Assembly (NCBI GenBank): GCA_963705105.1 | Contig: CAVPIW010000005.1 | Span: forward strand, 192,001 to 256,000 | Length of the DNA: 64,000 nt | Reading direction: 5' to 3' | Source: an uncultured Nitrospiraceae bacterium | GTDB lineage: Bacteria; Nitrospirota; Thermodesulfovibrionia; Thermodesulfovibrionales; Dissulfurispiraceae | Shown: one piece after another, positions 47,674-57,472 of the stretch | Numbering within the stretch: position 1 is the stretch's first letter | Layout of the letters: each line of letters opens with the position of its first letter | Program-made: the position numbers and the translations under genes | Notes under the pieces: generated by a model | Told to the model about the DNA's origin: nothing | Seen by the model: only the letters and a program-made list of their open reading frames with translations | Database searches by the model: none

Positions 47674-49083
47674 TTGAGCGAAAACATCAGGGTGCGATTT
47701 GCGCCGAGCCCCACCGGCCACCTCCACATCGGCGGCGCCCGGACGGCCCTCTTCAACTGGCTTTTTGCGCGTCATCACGGCGGCATCTTCATCCTGAGGA
47801 TCGAGGACACCGACCGGAGCCGTTCGACGGAAGAATTCATCGATGCCATCATCGACGGCATGGGGTGGCTGAAACTCGACTGGGACGAGGGCCCATTCCG
47901 CCAGACGGACCGTTTTGACGTTTACAGGAATTATGCCAACCGCCTGCTCGATGAGGGCAGGGCCTACCGGTGTTACTGCTCTCCCGAGGAACTCGAGCGA
48001 AGAAGGCAGGAAGCCCTTGCGCAGGGACGGACGCCGAAGTACGACGGAAGGTGCAGGGATCTCTCCGCTCCTGTTGCGGGCGTGGAGCCGGCCGTGCGCT
48101 TCAGAATGCCGCAGGAGGGCAGCACCGTCATAGACGACCTGATCAAGGGACCCATCGAGTTCGACAACAATCAGCTTGAAGACCTCGTGATCATGCGATC
48201 CGACGGCACACCGACCTACAATTTCGTGGTCGTCGTCGACGACATCGACATGCGGATCACCCACATCATCAGGGGCGACGACCACCTGAACAACACCCCC
48301 AAGCAGATCCACATCTACCGGGCCTTCGGCTGGGAGCCCCCTCGGTTCGGGCACCTGCCGATGATCCTCGGCGCCGACAAGGCAAGGCTCAGCAAGCGCC
48401 ACGGCGCGACCTCCGTCATGGCCTACCGCGACATGGGGTACCTGCCCGAGGCCCTCGTCAACTATCTCGTGCGCCTCGGATGGTCCTTCGGAGACCAGGA
48501 GGTTTTCACGAAGGAGGAGCTGATCCGCCACTTCTCACTCGACAGCGTCGGCAAGTCGGCGGCGGTCTTCAACCCCGAGAAGCTCCTCTGGCTAAACGGG
48601 CAGTACATGATCGCGACTGACGAAAACATCCTCGCATCGCTTGTCATGCCTTTCCTCGTGCAGGAGGGTATCGTCAGCGAGGGACAGACCATGGATATGC
48701 CCTGGCTCGCGGCGGCTGTCCGTACCCTGCGGGAGCGGTGCAAGACCCTTGTTGAGCTCGCCCGGTCCCTGCGGTATTACGTCCTGGACCATGTCGACAT
48801 AGATCCGAAAGCGAGGGAAAAGTTCCTCAAGCCCGATCAGGTAAAGCTGCTGTCGGAGCTGACGGGGCCGATCGCGGGACTGGCCGAGTTCACGGCTGAC
48901 GAGCTGGGAAAGGTCTTCCAGACTTTTACGGAAGAGCGGGGCCTCAAGCTCGGCGCCGTGGCCCAGCCGATGCGCGTCGCCATCACAGGAGGAACGGCGA
49001 GCCCCGGGATCTTCGAAGTCATGGAGATCGTCGGAAAAGAGAAGGTACTGAAGAGAATCGCACGGGTTACGGAGGAGAAATGA
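47674..49083 (+). CDS. gltX: Glutamate--tRNA ligase
   Basis: RFAPSPTGHLHIGG, LSKRHG; TTG start after GGGAG. Confidence 0.97.
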   Translation: MSENIRVRFAPSPTGHLHIGGARTALFNWLFARHHGGIFILRIEDTDRSRSTEEFIDAIIDGMGWLKLDWDEGPFRQTDRFDVYRNYANRLLDEGRAYRCYCSPEELERRRQEALAQGRTPKYDGRCRDLSAPVAGVEPAVRFRMPQEGSTVIDDLIKGPIEFDNNQLEDLVIMRSDGTPTYNFVVVVDDIDMRITHIIRGDDHLNNTPKQIHIYRAFGWEPPRFGHLPMILGADKARLSKRHGATSVMAYRDMGYLPEALVNYLVRLGWSFGDQEVFTKEELIRHFSLDSVGKSAAVFNPEKLLWLNGQYMIATDENILASLVMPFLVQEGIVSEGQTMDMPWLAAAVRTLRERCKTLVELARSLRYYVLDHVDIDPKAREKFLKPDQVKLLSELTGPIAGLAEFTADELGKVFQTFTEERGLKLGAVAQPMRVAITGGTASPGIFEVMEIVGKEKVLKRIARVTEEK

Positions 49084-49250
49084 CGGGGATCAGCAAAGAG
49101 CTTCTCGAAATATTGGCCTGTCCGAAATGCAAGGGCGACGTTCACATGAACGAGGCGGGAGACGGCTTGACATGCCCTGCCTGCGGGCTCCTCTACCCCA
49201 TTCGTGACGGCTTTCCCGTCATGCTCGTCGAAGAGGCGATCAGGCTTTAA
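49080..49250 (+). CDS. Trm112/YcaR family small protein (not in ORF track)
   Basis: Manual translation MTGISKELLEILACPKCKG..CPACGLLYPIRDGFPVMLVEEAIRL; ATGA overlap with gltX. Confidence 0.9.
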   Translation: MTGISKELLEILACPKCKGDVHMNEAGDGLTCPACGLLYPIRDGFPVMLVEEAIRL

Positions 49251-49263
49251 CTTTACGTATACG

Positions 49264-49455
49264 CGAATGAAAGGCGGGGTGTATGCGCCGAAGACCTTGC
49301 TGCGGCGACACCTGTATCGAGACGAAAGACGAATTACAGGCAAATGGTCGATGACATAAAGAGTGGATTCCTGAAAAACGAAGCTGACGATGCGTATCGT
49401 CGCCTTCAGCAAGGCTTTGAGGCGTTTCGCCCCGCCTTTCCATTCAACTGAAAGG
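49264..49455. mobile_element. MITE-like element family C, copy 3
   Basis: Same ends and conserved blocks as 25862 and 26591 copies. Confidence 0.8.
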
Positions 49456-49464
49456 GAAATCATA

Positions 49465-50853
49465 GTGGAGAGACAGCTCATACGGTCCGTTCTCGCCGAC
49501 GGGGTCATCGGAAATCCCGTGACGGTCTGCGGCTGGATCCGTTCGAAGCGCGAGTCCAGGGCCTTTGCCTTTATCGCCCTCAGCGACGGGTCTTCGCAGG
49601 AGACACTGCAGCTCGTTGTGCCGGGTGATGCCGATGCTTTCCGGGAGCTTCCCCGCTGCTCGACCGGCGCCGCCATCAGGGCGAGGGGCACCCTGAAGGC
49701 ATCGCCCGGCAAGGGACAGCGCGTCGAGGTGGAGGTCTCGGAGATCGAGGTCTTTGGTGGCGCCGACCCCGCAACCTATCCCCTCCAGAAGAAGGGGCAT
49801 ACCCTCGACTTCCTGAGGGAGCTCGGTCATTTGCGTCCGAGGACGAACACCTTCGGCGCCGTCTTCAGGATGCGGAACATCCTCGCCCGGGCCGTCCACG
49901 CCTTTTTCCAGGACAGGGGCTTTCTCTGGGTCCACACCCCGATCATCACGGCGAGCGACTGCGAGGGCGCCGGAGAGCTCTTCACGGTGACGAGCCTGGA
50001 TTTCGCGGGCCTTCCCAGAAACGAGAGCGGGGCCGTCGATTTCGGCGGGGACTTTTTCGGCAGGAGGGCCTTCCTCACTGTGAGCGGGCAACTCGAAGCG
50101 GAGTTCCTCGCCATGGCCCTCGGCAACGTCTACACCTTCGGCCCGACCTTCCGGGCGGAAAACTCGAACACGACGCGCCACCTCTCCGAGTTCTGGATGG
50201 TCGAGCCGGAGATGGCCTTCGCCGGTCTTGCCGAGGACATGAAACTCGCCGAGGACTTTCTCCGCTTCCTCTTCAGGACGGCCGTCGAGCAGGGAGGCGG
50301 AGAGATCTCTTTCTTCGCTTCTCATTATAAAAACATGAGCGTTGAAGAACTGGGCGCACTCGCCGAATCGCACTTCGCCCATATGACGTACACGGAGGCG
50401 ATCAGGGAACTGGAGCGGTCGAAGGAGCAATTCGAATTCCCCGTCCGGTGGGGGCTCGATCTCCAGTCCGAGCATGAGCGGTATCTGACGGACCACGTGG
50501 TGAAGGGGCCTGTCATCGTGACGGACTATCCGAAAGAGATCAAGGCGTTCTACATGAGAATGAACGATGACGGCAGGACTGTCGCGGCCATGGACGTACT
50601 CATGCCGAAGATCGGCGAGATCATCGGCGGAAGTCAGCGCGAGGAACGGCTCGATGTCCTCGAGGAGCGCATCGCCCAGCTCGGCATCCCCGGTGAGGGT
50701 CTGCAGTGGTACCTTGACCTCAGGCGCTTCGGCTCTGCGCCTCACGCGGGATTCGGCCTCGGCTTCGAGCGCCTCGTCCAGTACGTCACGGGGATGGGGA
50801 ACATACGCGACGTCATCCCCTGCCCCCGGGCGCCGCGCCTTATCGGCTTTTAA
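49465..50853 (+). CDS. asnS: Asparagine--tRNA ligase
   Basis: LTVSGQL, FGPTFRAENSNTTRHLSEFWM, GGSQRE, GFGLGFERL; GTG start. Confidence 0.97.
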   Translation: MERQLIRSVLADGVIGNPVTVCGWIRSKRESRAFAFIALSDGSSQETLQLVVPGDADAFRELPRCSTGAAIRARGTLKASPGKGQRVEVEVSEIEVFGGADPATYPLQKKGHTLDFLRELGHLRPRTNTFGAVFRMRNILARAVHAFFQDRGFLWVHTPIITASDCEGAGELFTVTSLDFAGLPRNESGAVDFGGDFFGRRAFLTVSGQLEAEFLAMALGNVYTFGPTFRAENSNTTRHLSEFWMVEPEMAFAGLAEDMKLAEDFLRFLFRTAVEQGGGEISFFASHYKNMSVEELGALAESHFAHMTYTEAIRELERSKEQFEFPVRWGLDLQSEHERYLTDHVVKGPVIVTDYPKEIKAFYMRMNDDGRTVAAMDVLMPKIGEIIGGSQREERLDVLEERIAQLGIPGEGLQWYLDLRRFGSAPHAGFGLGFERLVQYVTGMGNIRDVIPCPRAPRLIGF

Positions 50854-50878
50854 ATCGACTCTGAAACTTTATGATCGC

Positions 50879-51111
50879 TGTCCAAAATAATGTTGACACG
50901 AGGATAGGGCATGCTTTCTTCGCAAAATAAACTACCTCTCCTCAAGTTCATAGCTTGCGATGAAGACAAATGTTCGCACAAATACACTGTGCGGCTCCCG
51001 CTGCGGCTTCCGCCTTCGACTCCCGCCGCCGTTCACATTACCCGTGAATTTTGCTTCAGAAACCACACCCCATCCTCGTCTTCAAGGTCTTGCTGTAAAC
51101 TGTTTTGGACA
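50879..51111. mobile_element. MITE-like element family A, copy 4 (reverse)
   Basis: TGTCCAAAA...TTTTGGACA TIR and shared core. Confidence 0.85.
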
Positions 51112-51192
51112 CGAGTTTTATTTCCAAGTATGAAATCATATCTCACGCAAAGTCGCAATGCGCGCAAAGAGAGAAGCATTCGCCGCCACTTT

Positions 51193-51220
51193 TCGGGCCG
51201 TTCGGGGAACGGCCCCTACA
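51193..51220 (-). repeat. REP-like element (GTAG plus hairpin)
   Basis: Minus strand TGTAGGGGCCGTTCCCCGAACGGCCCGA. Confidence 0.55.
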
Positions 51221-51402
51221 ATGAAACGGCAGTCCATTCAAACAATGGATCCGGCGACTGTTGGCGTAATGCTTTAATGACCGACTGTCGACTCTGACGA
51301 CGGATGATCAATGACTCAATGACTTAATGACTTTTACGGTGGTATCTTCGCCTCGCTTTTGTCATGCAACTGTGAGGTTATTATTTTTTTTGAGGAGGAG
51401 AC

Positions 51403-52620
51403 GTGTCTGAGAAAATACGCGTAAAGAACCCCATCGTCGAGATGGACGGCGACGAGATGACGCGGATCATCTGGTTTATGATAAAGGAAAAACTGATCCT
51501 GCCTTTCATCGATGTCGATCTGCGGTACTACGACCTCGGCGTCAAACACCGCGACGAGACGGACGACAGGGTGACCGTCGAAGCGGCCCAGGCGATCAGG
51601 GACATCGGCATCGGCGTGAAGTGCGCCACGATTACGCCCAACGCCGCGCGGGTGAAGGAATACAACCTCAAGCAGCAGTGGAAGAGCCCGAACGGCACGA
51701 TCAGGTCGATCCTCGACGGGACGGTCTTCCGCAAGCCCATCATCGTGAAGAATGTCCCGCCCGTCGTGAAGTCCTGGAAGCTGCCGATCATCATAGGCCG
51801 TCATGCCTACGGTGATATCTACAGAAACACGGAACTCCTCATCGAGGGACCCGGCACCGCGGAGCTTGTCTTCACCCCCGCTGACGGCGGGCCGAAAAAA
51901 ACTCTCACGATCCACGACTTCAAAAGCCGCGGCGTCATCATGGGCATGCACAACACGGAGCCTTCCATCAGGAGCTTCGCGCGGTCCTGCATCAATTACG
52001 CGGTCAGTGAAAAGGTCGACATCTGGTTCGGCGCCAAGGACACGATTTCAAAACAATACCATGGATTCTTCCGCGACGTCTTCGCCGAGGAGATCGAGAG
52101 GTCGAAAGACATGATTGGGAAAGCCGGCATCCAGTACCGTTATCTCCTCATTGACGACGCCGTCGCACAGGTCATCAAATCACAGGGCGGCATGCTCTGG
52201 GCCTGCATGAACTACGACGGCGACGTCATGTCCGACATGGTGGCGACCGGCTTCGGGAGCCTCGGTCTTATGACGTCGGTCCTCGTCTCGCCTGACGGCA
52301 AGTACGAGTATGAGGCGGCCCACGGAACGGTGACGCGCCACTACTACGAGCACATCAAGGGGAATCCCACGTCGACGAACTCCATCGCCTCCATATTCGC
52401 CTGGACGGGCGCCCTCGCGAAACGAGGAGAGCTTGACGGAACGCCGGGCGTCGTCTCCTTCGCGAAGACGCTGGAGAAGGTCATCATCGAGACCGTCGAA
52501 GGCGGCATCATGACAAAGGACCTCATGCTCATCGCCGACCCGCCCGTGTCAAAGTACTCCCTCACCGGCGAGTTCATCGACACCGTGGCGGAAAAGCTGA
52601 AGGCAGCAATCGCCGGCTGA
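51403..52620 (+). CDS. icd: NADP-dependent isocitrate dehydrogenase
   Basis: [44 protein letters not shown]. Confidence 0.97.
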   Translation: MSEKIRVKNPIVEMDGDEMTRIIWFMIKEKLILPFIDVDLRYYDLGVKHRDETDDRVTVEAAQAIRDIGIGVKCATITPNAARVKEYNLKQQWKSPNGTIRSILDGTVFRKPIIVKNVPPVVKSWKLPIIIGRHAYGDIYRNTELLIEGPGTAELVFTPADGGPKKTLTIHDFKSRGVIMGMHNTEPSIRSFARSCINYAVSEKVDIWFGAKDTISKQYHGFFRDVFAEEIERSKDMIGKAGIQYRYLLIDDAVAQVIKSQGGMLWACMNYDGDVMSDMVATGFGSLGLMTSVLVSPDGKYEYEAAHGTVTRHYYEHIKGNPTSTNSIASIFAWTGALAKRGELDGTPGVVSFAKTLEKVIIETVEGGIMTKDLMLIADPPVSKYSLTGEFIDTVAEKLKAAIAG

Positions 52621-52744
52621 GCTAGGGGTTATCTCCCTCCTTACCGAATTTTACATACAGTGTCAAGGCCGATCATTTTTGTTCCCAATTCGCCGAACTA
52701 AAATGTCCGCTTTTCATCGATAACAAACCTGCGACTGCCGCACG

Positions 52745-53539
52745 TTACGCCTCCGACTCGACTGTATCCGTCGTTATCACCTCCTTGGCCCTCGTGTGAT
52801 CCCCGAAGAAACCCGCCCTGCGTTTCTCCTTGAGCCTGTAGCTTTCGCCCTTGATGTTGAGCACTGTCGCGTGATGCAGCAACCGGTCGAGGATGGCAGT
52901 GGCCAGCACCTGATCGCTGAATATCTCGCCCCAGTCCACAAAGCTCTTGTTGGAGGTGATGATCAGGCTCGCCTTCTCATACCTCCTTGTCAGGAGCCGG
53001 AAGAAGAGCCCTGCCTCCTCCCGGTTCATCGGCAGATATCCCATCTCGTCGATGATCAGAACCTTGGGGTACAGCAGCAGTTGCAGCTGCTTGTCCACGC
53101 GGCTCTCCACCTGTGCCCTCTTGAGGCGGCTGATGAGGGTCTCCAGGGTGAGGAAGTGGACTTTATGGCCCGCCTCCACCGCCTTGATCCCAAGGGCGAT
53201 CGCCAAATGGGTCTTTCCTACCCCGGGAGGTCCAAGCAGGATCACGTTTTCGGCCCTCTCCACAAACCCCAGGCCCGAAAGCTCCCGGATCACCTTCCGG
53301 TCTATGCTCGGCTGAAAGCTCAGATCGAACTGCTCAAGGGTCTTCACCCAGGGAAACCGTGCAAGGGAAAGCCTCGCCTCGGTCCCCCGCTGATGCCGCC
53401 CCTGCCATTCTGTCTGCAGTGCCTCCGTAAGAAACTCACGATACCCCAGATCGCGCTTTGATGCCTGCTCGCAAAGGGTATCGAGTCCAGAGGCCAGGTG
53501 CTCCATCTTCATCTTCTCAAGAAGCCCTACGAGTTGCAT
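52745..53539 (-). CDS. istB: IS21 helper ATPase
   Basis: GPPGVGKTHLA, IIDEMGY, AILDRLLHH, GESYRLK. Confidence 0.95.
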   Translation of the reverse strand: MQLVGLLEKMKMEHLASGLDTLCEQASKRDLGYREFLTEALQTEWQGRHQRGTEARLSLARFPWVKTLEQFDLSFQPSIDRKVIRELSGLGFVERAENVILLGPPGVGKTHLAIALGIKAVEAGHKVHFLTLETLISRLKRAQVESRVDKQLQLLLYPKVLIIDEMGYLPMNREEAGLFFRLLTRRYEKASLIITSNKSFVDWGEIFSDQVLATAILDRLLHHATVLNIKGESYRLKEKRRAGFFGDHTRAKEVITTDTVESEA

Positions 53540-54717
53540 GCTACCACCTCCTCGTAGACGGAGAGCTCTCTGTGCTCCACCCAAAGCGTCTGTCTCCAGA
53601 GCCCTTCGTGGTGCGAGGGCACGGTCACCCATCCATCCCGCGCAGGCCTAAGCCGGTGCTCAGCCACTTTCTGATCCCCCGCATAGACGCTCAGCCCGCC
53701 CTCAAGACTCAGTCGAATCTGCACCATCGTGCCGCAAAGGCTGCCGGGGACGCTGTAGCGATTGCCTCTGACCTCAATATAGCTGTCCCAGCTTACCGTG
53801 CGGTACTCCTGGTAGGAGGTGTCGTATCTGACAGCCGGCAGGCAACTCAGGTGCGGCGCTTCACGTGCAAAGCGCTCCCTCACGATCTCCTTCAGTGTGC
53901 TATGCACCCTCGGGTCTGCCTCTTCTGTCAGCCACTTCTGGGCAAGCTGGTTCAGATGCTCAAAGCTGTCAAACCGGCGGTACCTCTGGAAAAAGTTATG
54001 CTTGATATAGCCGACCATCCGTTCGTCCTTGCCCTTTGTCCTTGCCCGGCTGGGGCGGCATGCCCTCGGTGTAAACCCATAATGTCCTGCCAAGTCCAGA
54101 AACCGGCTGTTGAAGACCACCCGTCCACCGTGCCGGTGCGAGATGACCGCCGTCTTCTGGTTGTCAACCAGCACCTCCGATGTCGTTCCCCCAAAATACT
54201 CAAAACTCCTGATGAGACCCTCATAGGTGTGCTCGGCATCCTGGCTGTCGGTGCCCCAAAAGTGAAACCGCCGGCAATATCCAAGCTCGTTGACGATGAA
54301 GTACACCTTCGTCGGCTCCTCCCCGATGGTCGTCATGATCTCGCCCCAGTCGCTCTGCAGTTGCCGCCCCGGCGGTGTTTCAAACCGCACGGTCACCCGG
54401 CTGGCCCGCAGCACTCTCTTGGGTCGTATGTAGTCGCGCAATATGCAGATCTTCCCCTCGTAACCCGCCTCCTGTATCTCCCGAAGCGCCACCATTGCGT
54501 TCCACACCCCTTCCTGCAGCAGCCTGTCTACTATCGGCTTGTACGGGTCCAGCTTGCTCTTGCGCGCTCCAGGTCTCTTTCCCGAGGGCGGCCCCCCTCT
54601 CTCTATCGCCCGGCTGATCGTCTTGGGATGCACCCCAAGCTCCGCGGCGATGTCCTTGATATAGACGCCCTTGTCCCTTTGTGTGGTAATATCCATCCAG
54701 TCCTCCTTGTTGAGCAT
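53527..54717 (-). CDS. istA: IS21 transposase
   Basis: N-terminal HTH, RFETPPGRQLQSDW, DNQK, TKGKDER. Confidence 0.95.
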   Translation of the reverse strand: MLNKEDWMDITTQRDKGVYIKDIAAELGVHPKTISRAIERGGPPSGKRPGARKSKLDPYKPIVDRLLQEGVWNAMVALREIQEAGYEGKICILRDYIRPKRVLRASRVTVRFETPPGRQLQSDWGEIMTTIGEEPTKVYFIVNELGYCRRFHFWGTDSQDAEHTYEGLIRSFEYFGGTTSEVLVDNQKTAVISHRHGGRVVFNSRFLDLAGHYGFTPRACRPSRARTKGKDERMVGYIKHNFFQRYRRFDSFEHLNQLAQKWLTEEADPRVHSTLKEIVRERFAREAPHLSCLPAVRYDTSYQEYRTVSWDSYIEVRGNRYSVPGSLCGTMVQIRLSLEGGLSVYAGDQKVAEHRLRPARDGWVTVPSHHEGLWRQTLWVEHRELSVYEEVVACNS

Positions 54718-54810
54718 CCGGCACCTCCTTCGCAGAAGGTACCTTACCATGCCCGGCTTGGAGGACATCTTAGTCCGGCGTTTTGTGGACTATATCATTC
54801 GGCGCTGACA

Positions 54811-55135
54811 ACAGGGAGGGGATCACGATCATGTTGAGCGCCGTGGAGCTCAACAGCCCGCCGAGGATGACGACTGCCAGGGGCGACAGTATCTCGTTGC
54901 CCGGCTTGTCCGCGGCGAAAGCGAACGGGACGAGCGCGAGTCCTGCAGCAAGTGCGGTCATGATCACGGGCCTCAGCCTGAACGCAACGGCTCCGCCCGA
55001 TGATTTCCAGCCGCCGCAGTTTCCGTCCGGCAGGTGTTCTCCGGCATGGCAGTGGCAGAAGGGGAAAAGCGCCATGACGAGAAAGAACAGGAAAAATGTT
55101 CCGCAAATCATCCGCCGCGGGTTAAATATAATCAT
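54811..55135 (-). pseudogene. Scar of a CzcA/CusA RND efflux gene (last TM helices) fused to a short His/Cys leader; final codons lie at 52622-52660
   Basis: RLRPVIMTALAAGLALVP..PLAVVILGGLLSSTALNMIVIPSL; removing IS21 continues as LYVKFGKEGDNP*. Confidence 0.85.
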
Positions 55136-55187
55136 ATCTTATGATTGCATAAATCCTTCTCGATAAAACTCTCGCAATAGCCGTGGC

Positions 55188-55358
55188 TCAATATTCCTTT
55201 ATCTTGTCGGCCGGGACTGAAACCGCAGCACCATCGCGCCACACAACAATGGGGTCTCCGCTTTTTTTATGGTCGGCGATAACTCCTGCCACAGCTTCTT
55301 TCAATGCCGCTTCCGCCTTGCTTATGATTGACATATTCTCCTTACTGTCTTCACTCAT
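55188..55358 (-). CDS. Small protein coupled to the zeta-toxin-like gene (not in ORF track)
   Basis: Manual translation MSEDSKENMSIISKAEAALKEAVAGVIADHKKSGDPIVVWRDG..; ATGA overlap, GGAGG RBS. Confidence 0.7.
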   Translation of the reverse strand: MSEDSKENMSIISKAEAALKEAVAGVIADHKKSGDPIVVWRDGAAVSVPADKIKEY

Positions 55359-55942
55359 GCTCCCTCCGCATATCGCTTAACCTGTTCAAAAAGTCCTGTG
55401 TTTCTTATGGAAAGCCTTTCATTTTCATAAAAAGCGATTATATCGGGCGAATCGGTCGAATTGTCGAAAATTATCCATGTGTCGGCAAGCGCAAGATAAT
55501 GTTTGAACAGATTGAACAACCCTCTGTAATATCTACGACGGATTGTAGGCTCAGGTACATCGTGCCCGCCACGTTTAACACGCTGATTTACCCTCATAAT
55601 GCCAATCTCCGGGCTGCGAAGCCAGAGGAACAGGAGAACTATCCTATATCCGTCCGCCTTTATGGCATTCAGCTTCTTTATGTAACTCAAGCCCGAAAGT
55701 GTCGTCTCAAAAGCAAAGTCCACTTTCTGTCTGGAGAAATTATGAATCTGCTCAAGCATGAGTCTCCCCGCCCTTATTGAGGCCAACTCAGGAGAAAAGG
55801 GAGACAAGCCGGCAGCAATCATGTCAGCATTGACAAAGTTCAGGCAATGAGCGTACTCAGGCAGAAACTTGCCGACAAAGGTCGTCTTGCCCGCTCCATT
55901 TGGGCCTGCAATGATATACAGATTTGGTCGTTCACTGTCCAT
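55355..55942 (-). CDS. Zeta-toxin-like P-loop ATPase/kinase
   Basis: IAGPNGAGKTT, FVNAD, FAFETTLS, RVKRGGHDVPE. Confidence 0.85.
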   Translation of the reverse strand: MDSERPNLYIIAGPNGAGKTTFVGKFLPEYAHCLNFVNADMIAAGLSPFSPELASIRAGRLMLEQIHNFSRQKVDFAFETTLSGLSYIKKLNAIKADGYRIVLLFLWLRSPEIGIMRVNQRVKRGGHDVPEPTIRRRYYRGLFNLFKHYLALADTWIIFDNSTDSPDIIAFYENERLSIRNTGLFEQVKRYAEGA

Positions 55943-55950
55943 TTAAGAAC

Positions 55951-57459
55951 CTCAAGTTTCGCAGATAGAAAACGGTCATGAAATGGCGTCTTATAAGGGA
56001 ATGAACAGAAAAAACTAAAAAGAACATCCCCAAACCTTGTACAATATTGTCGCGAAACATACAAAGACGAGGAGGGGATGTTCTATGAGCATTGTACCAC
56101 AAAACGAAGATGTTCAGAATTATACACGTGCATTTCTCCAGACCCATCGTATTGCCAGGATTCTGAAAATGTCCAATTTCAGCAAAGAGCGGGGTATCCC
56201 CTGCGTGGCACTGTTTCGCTTCATCTTTTTGTTGGTATTCACCGGGAAGAATCTGTATCGAACACTGCAGATGACAACGACAGAGGGGAATCCCGGCAAA
56301 GATGCCGTGTATCGGTTCTTGAACTCGGCTCGCTATAACTGGAGAAAGTTTCTGTTGCTGCTGAGCGCATCGATCATCAAAGACCGGGTCGCAACATTGA
56401 CCTCTGCGGAGAGGATCAAGGTGCTCATCATCGATGATTCCCTGTTCAGCCGGAACAGGAGCAACGTGGTGGAACTTCTGGCACGGGTGTACGATCACTG
56501 TGAGCAGAAATACCGCCGGGGATTCCGGATGCTGACGGTGGGCTGGTCTGACGGGGTGAGTTTTCTGCCTGTGGCGTTTTCTTTGCTGAGTTCCGTCAAA
56601 CAGGACAATCGACTCTGTGCAATGAACGAAGAGATCGACAAACGGACCAACGGGTACAAGAGGCGGGCGGAAAGCATCAAGAAGGCGACTGAGACGATGT
56701 TTGATCTGCTCAAACAGGTCAAGACGTCCGGGATTGACGCGCAGTATGTGTTGTTTGACCGGTGGTTTTCGAGTCCTTCGGTGATCATGAACGTCCTCAA
56801 GGAGAAGTTTCATTGCATTTGCATGCTCAAAGATACCAAAGTCTCGTATGGGTATAGAGACAGCAAAATGACGTTGAGCAAATTGTATGCGTCTGTGCGG
56901 AAGAAGAGGGGCCGGGCGAAGGTTCTGGCATCCGTCATTGTCAGGCTCGGCGTTGATGAGGAAGGAAAGGTCGTCGAGGCGAAGATCGTGTTTGTGCGGG
57001 ACCGCAGGAGCAGGAAGTGGCTTGCCGTCTTGTCGACGGATACGGCCATGAGTGACGAGGACATCATCACTACCTATGCGAGGCGGTGGGACATCGAGGT
57101 ATTTTTCAAAATGGCGAAATCGCATCTGAAGCTTGCCAGGGAGTTCATGGGACGCAGTTATGACGCGATGATGGCTCATACGACGATCGTGTGCTGCCGA
57201 TACATCATGCTGGCGCTGGAGAAGCGGGAAAGTGAGGACCCTCGGACAATCGGGATGCTTTTTTACGTTCATTGTGATGAACTGCAGGGACTCGGATTTA
57301 TCGAGGCGATGCTGATTGTCATAGAGGTCTTGAAGGATCACTTGAGTCGATTTCTTTCACTCACCCCACGGAGACTGGAGCAGTTTATGGCCAACTTTAT
57401 GGGGGCTCTGCCTTTATTTCTCAAGGCTCCGCTCCAGATTTCTATGTGCGAAAGTTGAG
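55951..57459 (+). mobile_element. IS4-superfamily (IS701/ISH3-like) insertion sequence
   Basis: TIR CTCAAGTTTCGCAGATAGAAA / TTTCTATGTGCGAAAGTTGAG; 7-bp target duplication TAAGAAC. Confidence 0.9.
56085..57458 (+). CDS. DDE transposase
   Basis: IIDDS, LFDRWF, YARRWDIEVFFK. Confidence 0.9.
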   Translation: MSIVPQNEDVQNYTRAFLQTHRIARILKMSNFSKERGIPCVALFRFIFLLVFTGKNLYRTLQMTTTEGNPGKDAVYRFLNSARYNWRKFLLLLSASIIKDRVATLTSAERIKVLIIDDSLFSRNRSNVVELLARVYDHCEQKYRRGFRMLTVGWSDGVSFLPVAFSLLSSVKQDNRLCAMNEEIDKRTNGYKRRAESIKKATETMFDLLKQVKTSGIDAQYVLFDRWFSSPSVIMNVLKEKFHCICMLKDTKVSYGYRDSKMTLSKLYASVRKKRGRAKVLASVIVRLGVDEEGKVVEAKIVFVRDRRSRKWLAVLSTDTAMSDEDIITTYARRWDIEVFFKMAKSHLKLAREFMGRSYDAMMAHTTIVCCRYIMLALEKRESEDPRTIGMLFYVHCDELQGLGFIEAMLIVIEVLKDHLSRFLSLTPRRLEQFMANFMGALPLFLKAPLQISMCES

Positions 57460-57472
57460 TAAGAACAACTCC

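Larger units (their letters stand above)
52661..54810 (-). mobile_element. IS21-family insertion sequence
   Basis: Ends TGTCAAGGCCGA.. and ..TCGGCGCTGACA, 4-bp target duplication ACAG, istA plus istB. Confidence 0.95.

Noticed and set aside
5141..51297. Recurrent short ORFs over intergenic repeats (e.g. MLSSQNKLP.., TREGKADVVKSLS.., EKPWCCETFA..)
   Set aside because: They are translations of MITE copies with inconsistent starts and stops.
340..57341. Long antisense ORFs (e.g. 17730-19013, 36965-38371, 49444-50745, 53458-54837, 55932-57341)
   Set aside because: Shadow ORFs opposite well-supported genes in GC-rich DNA.
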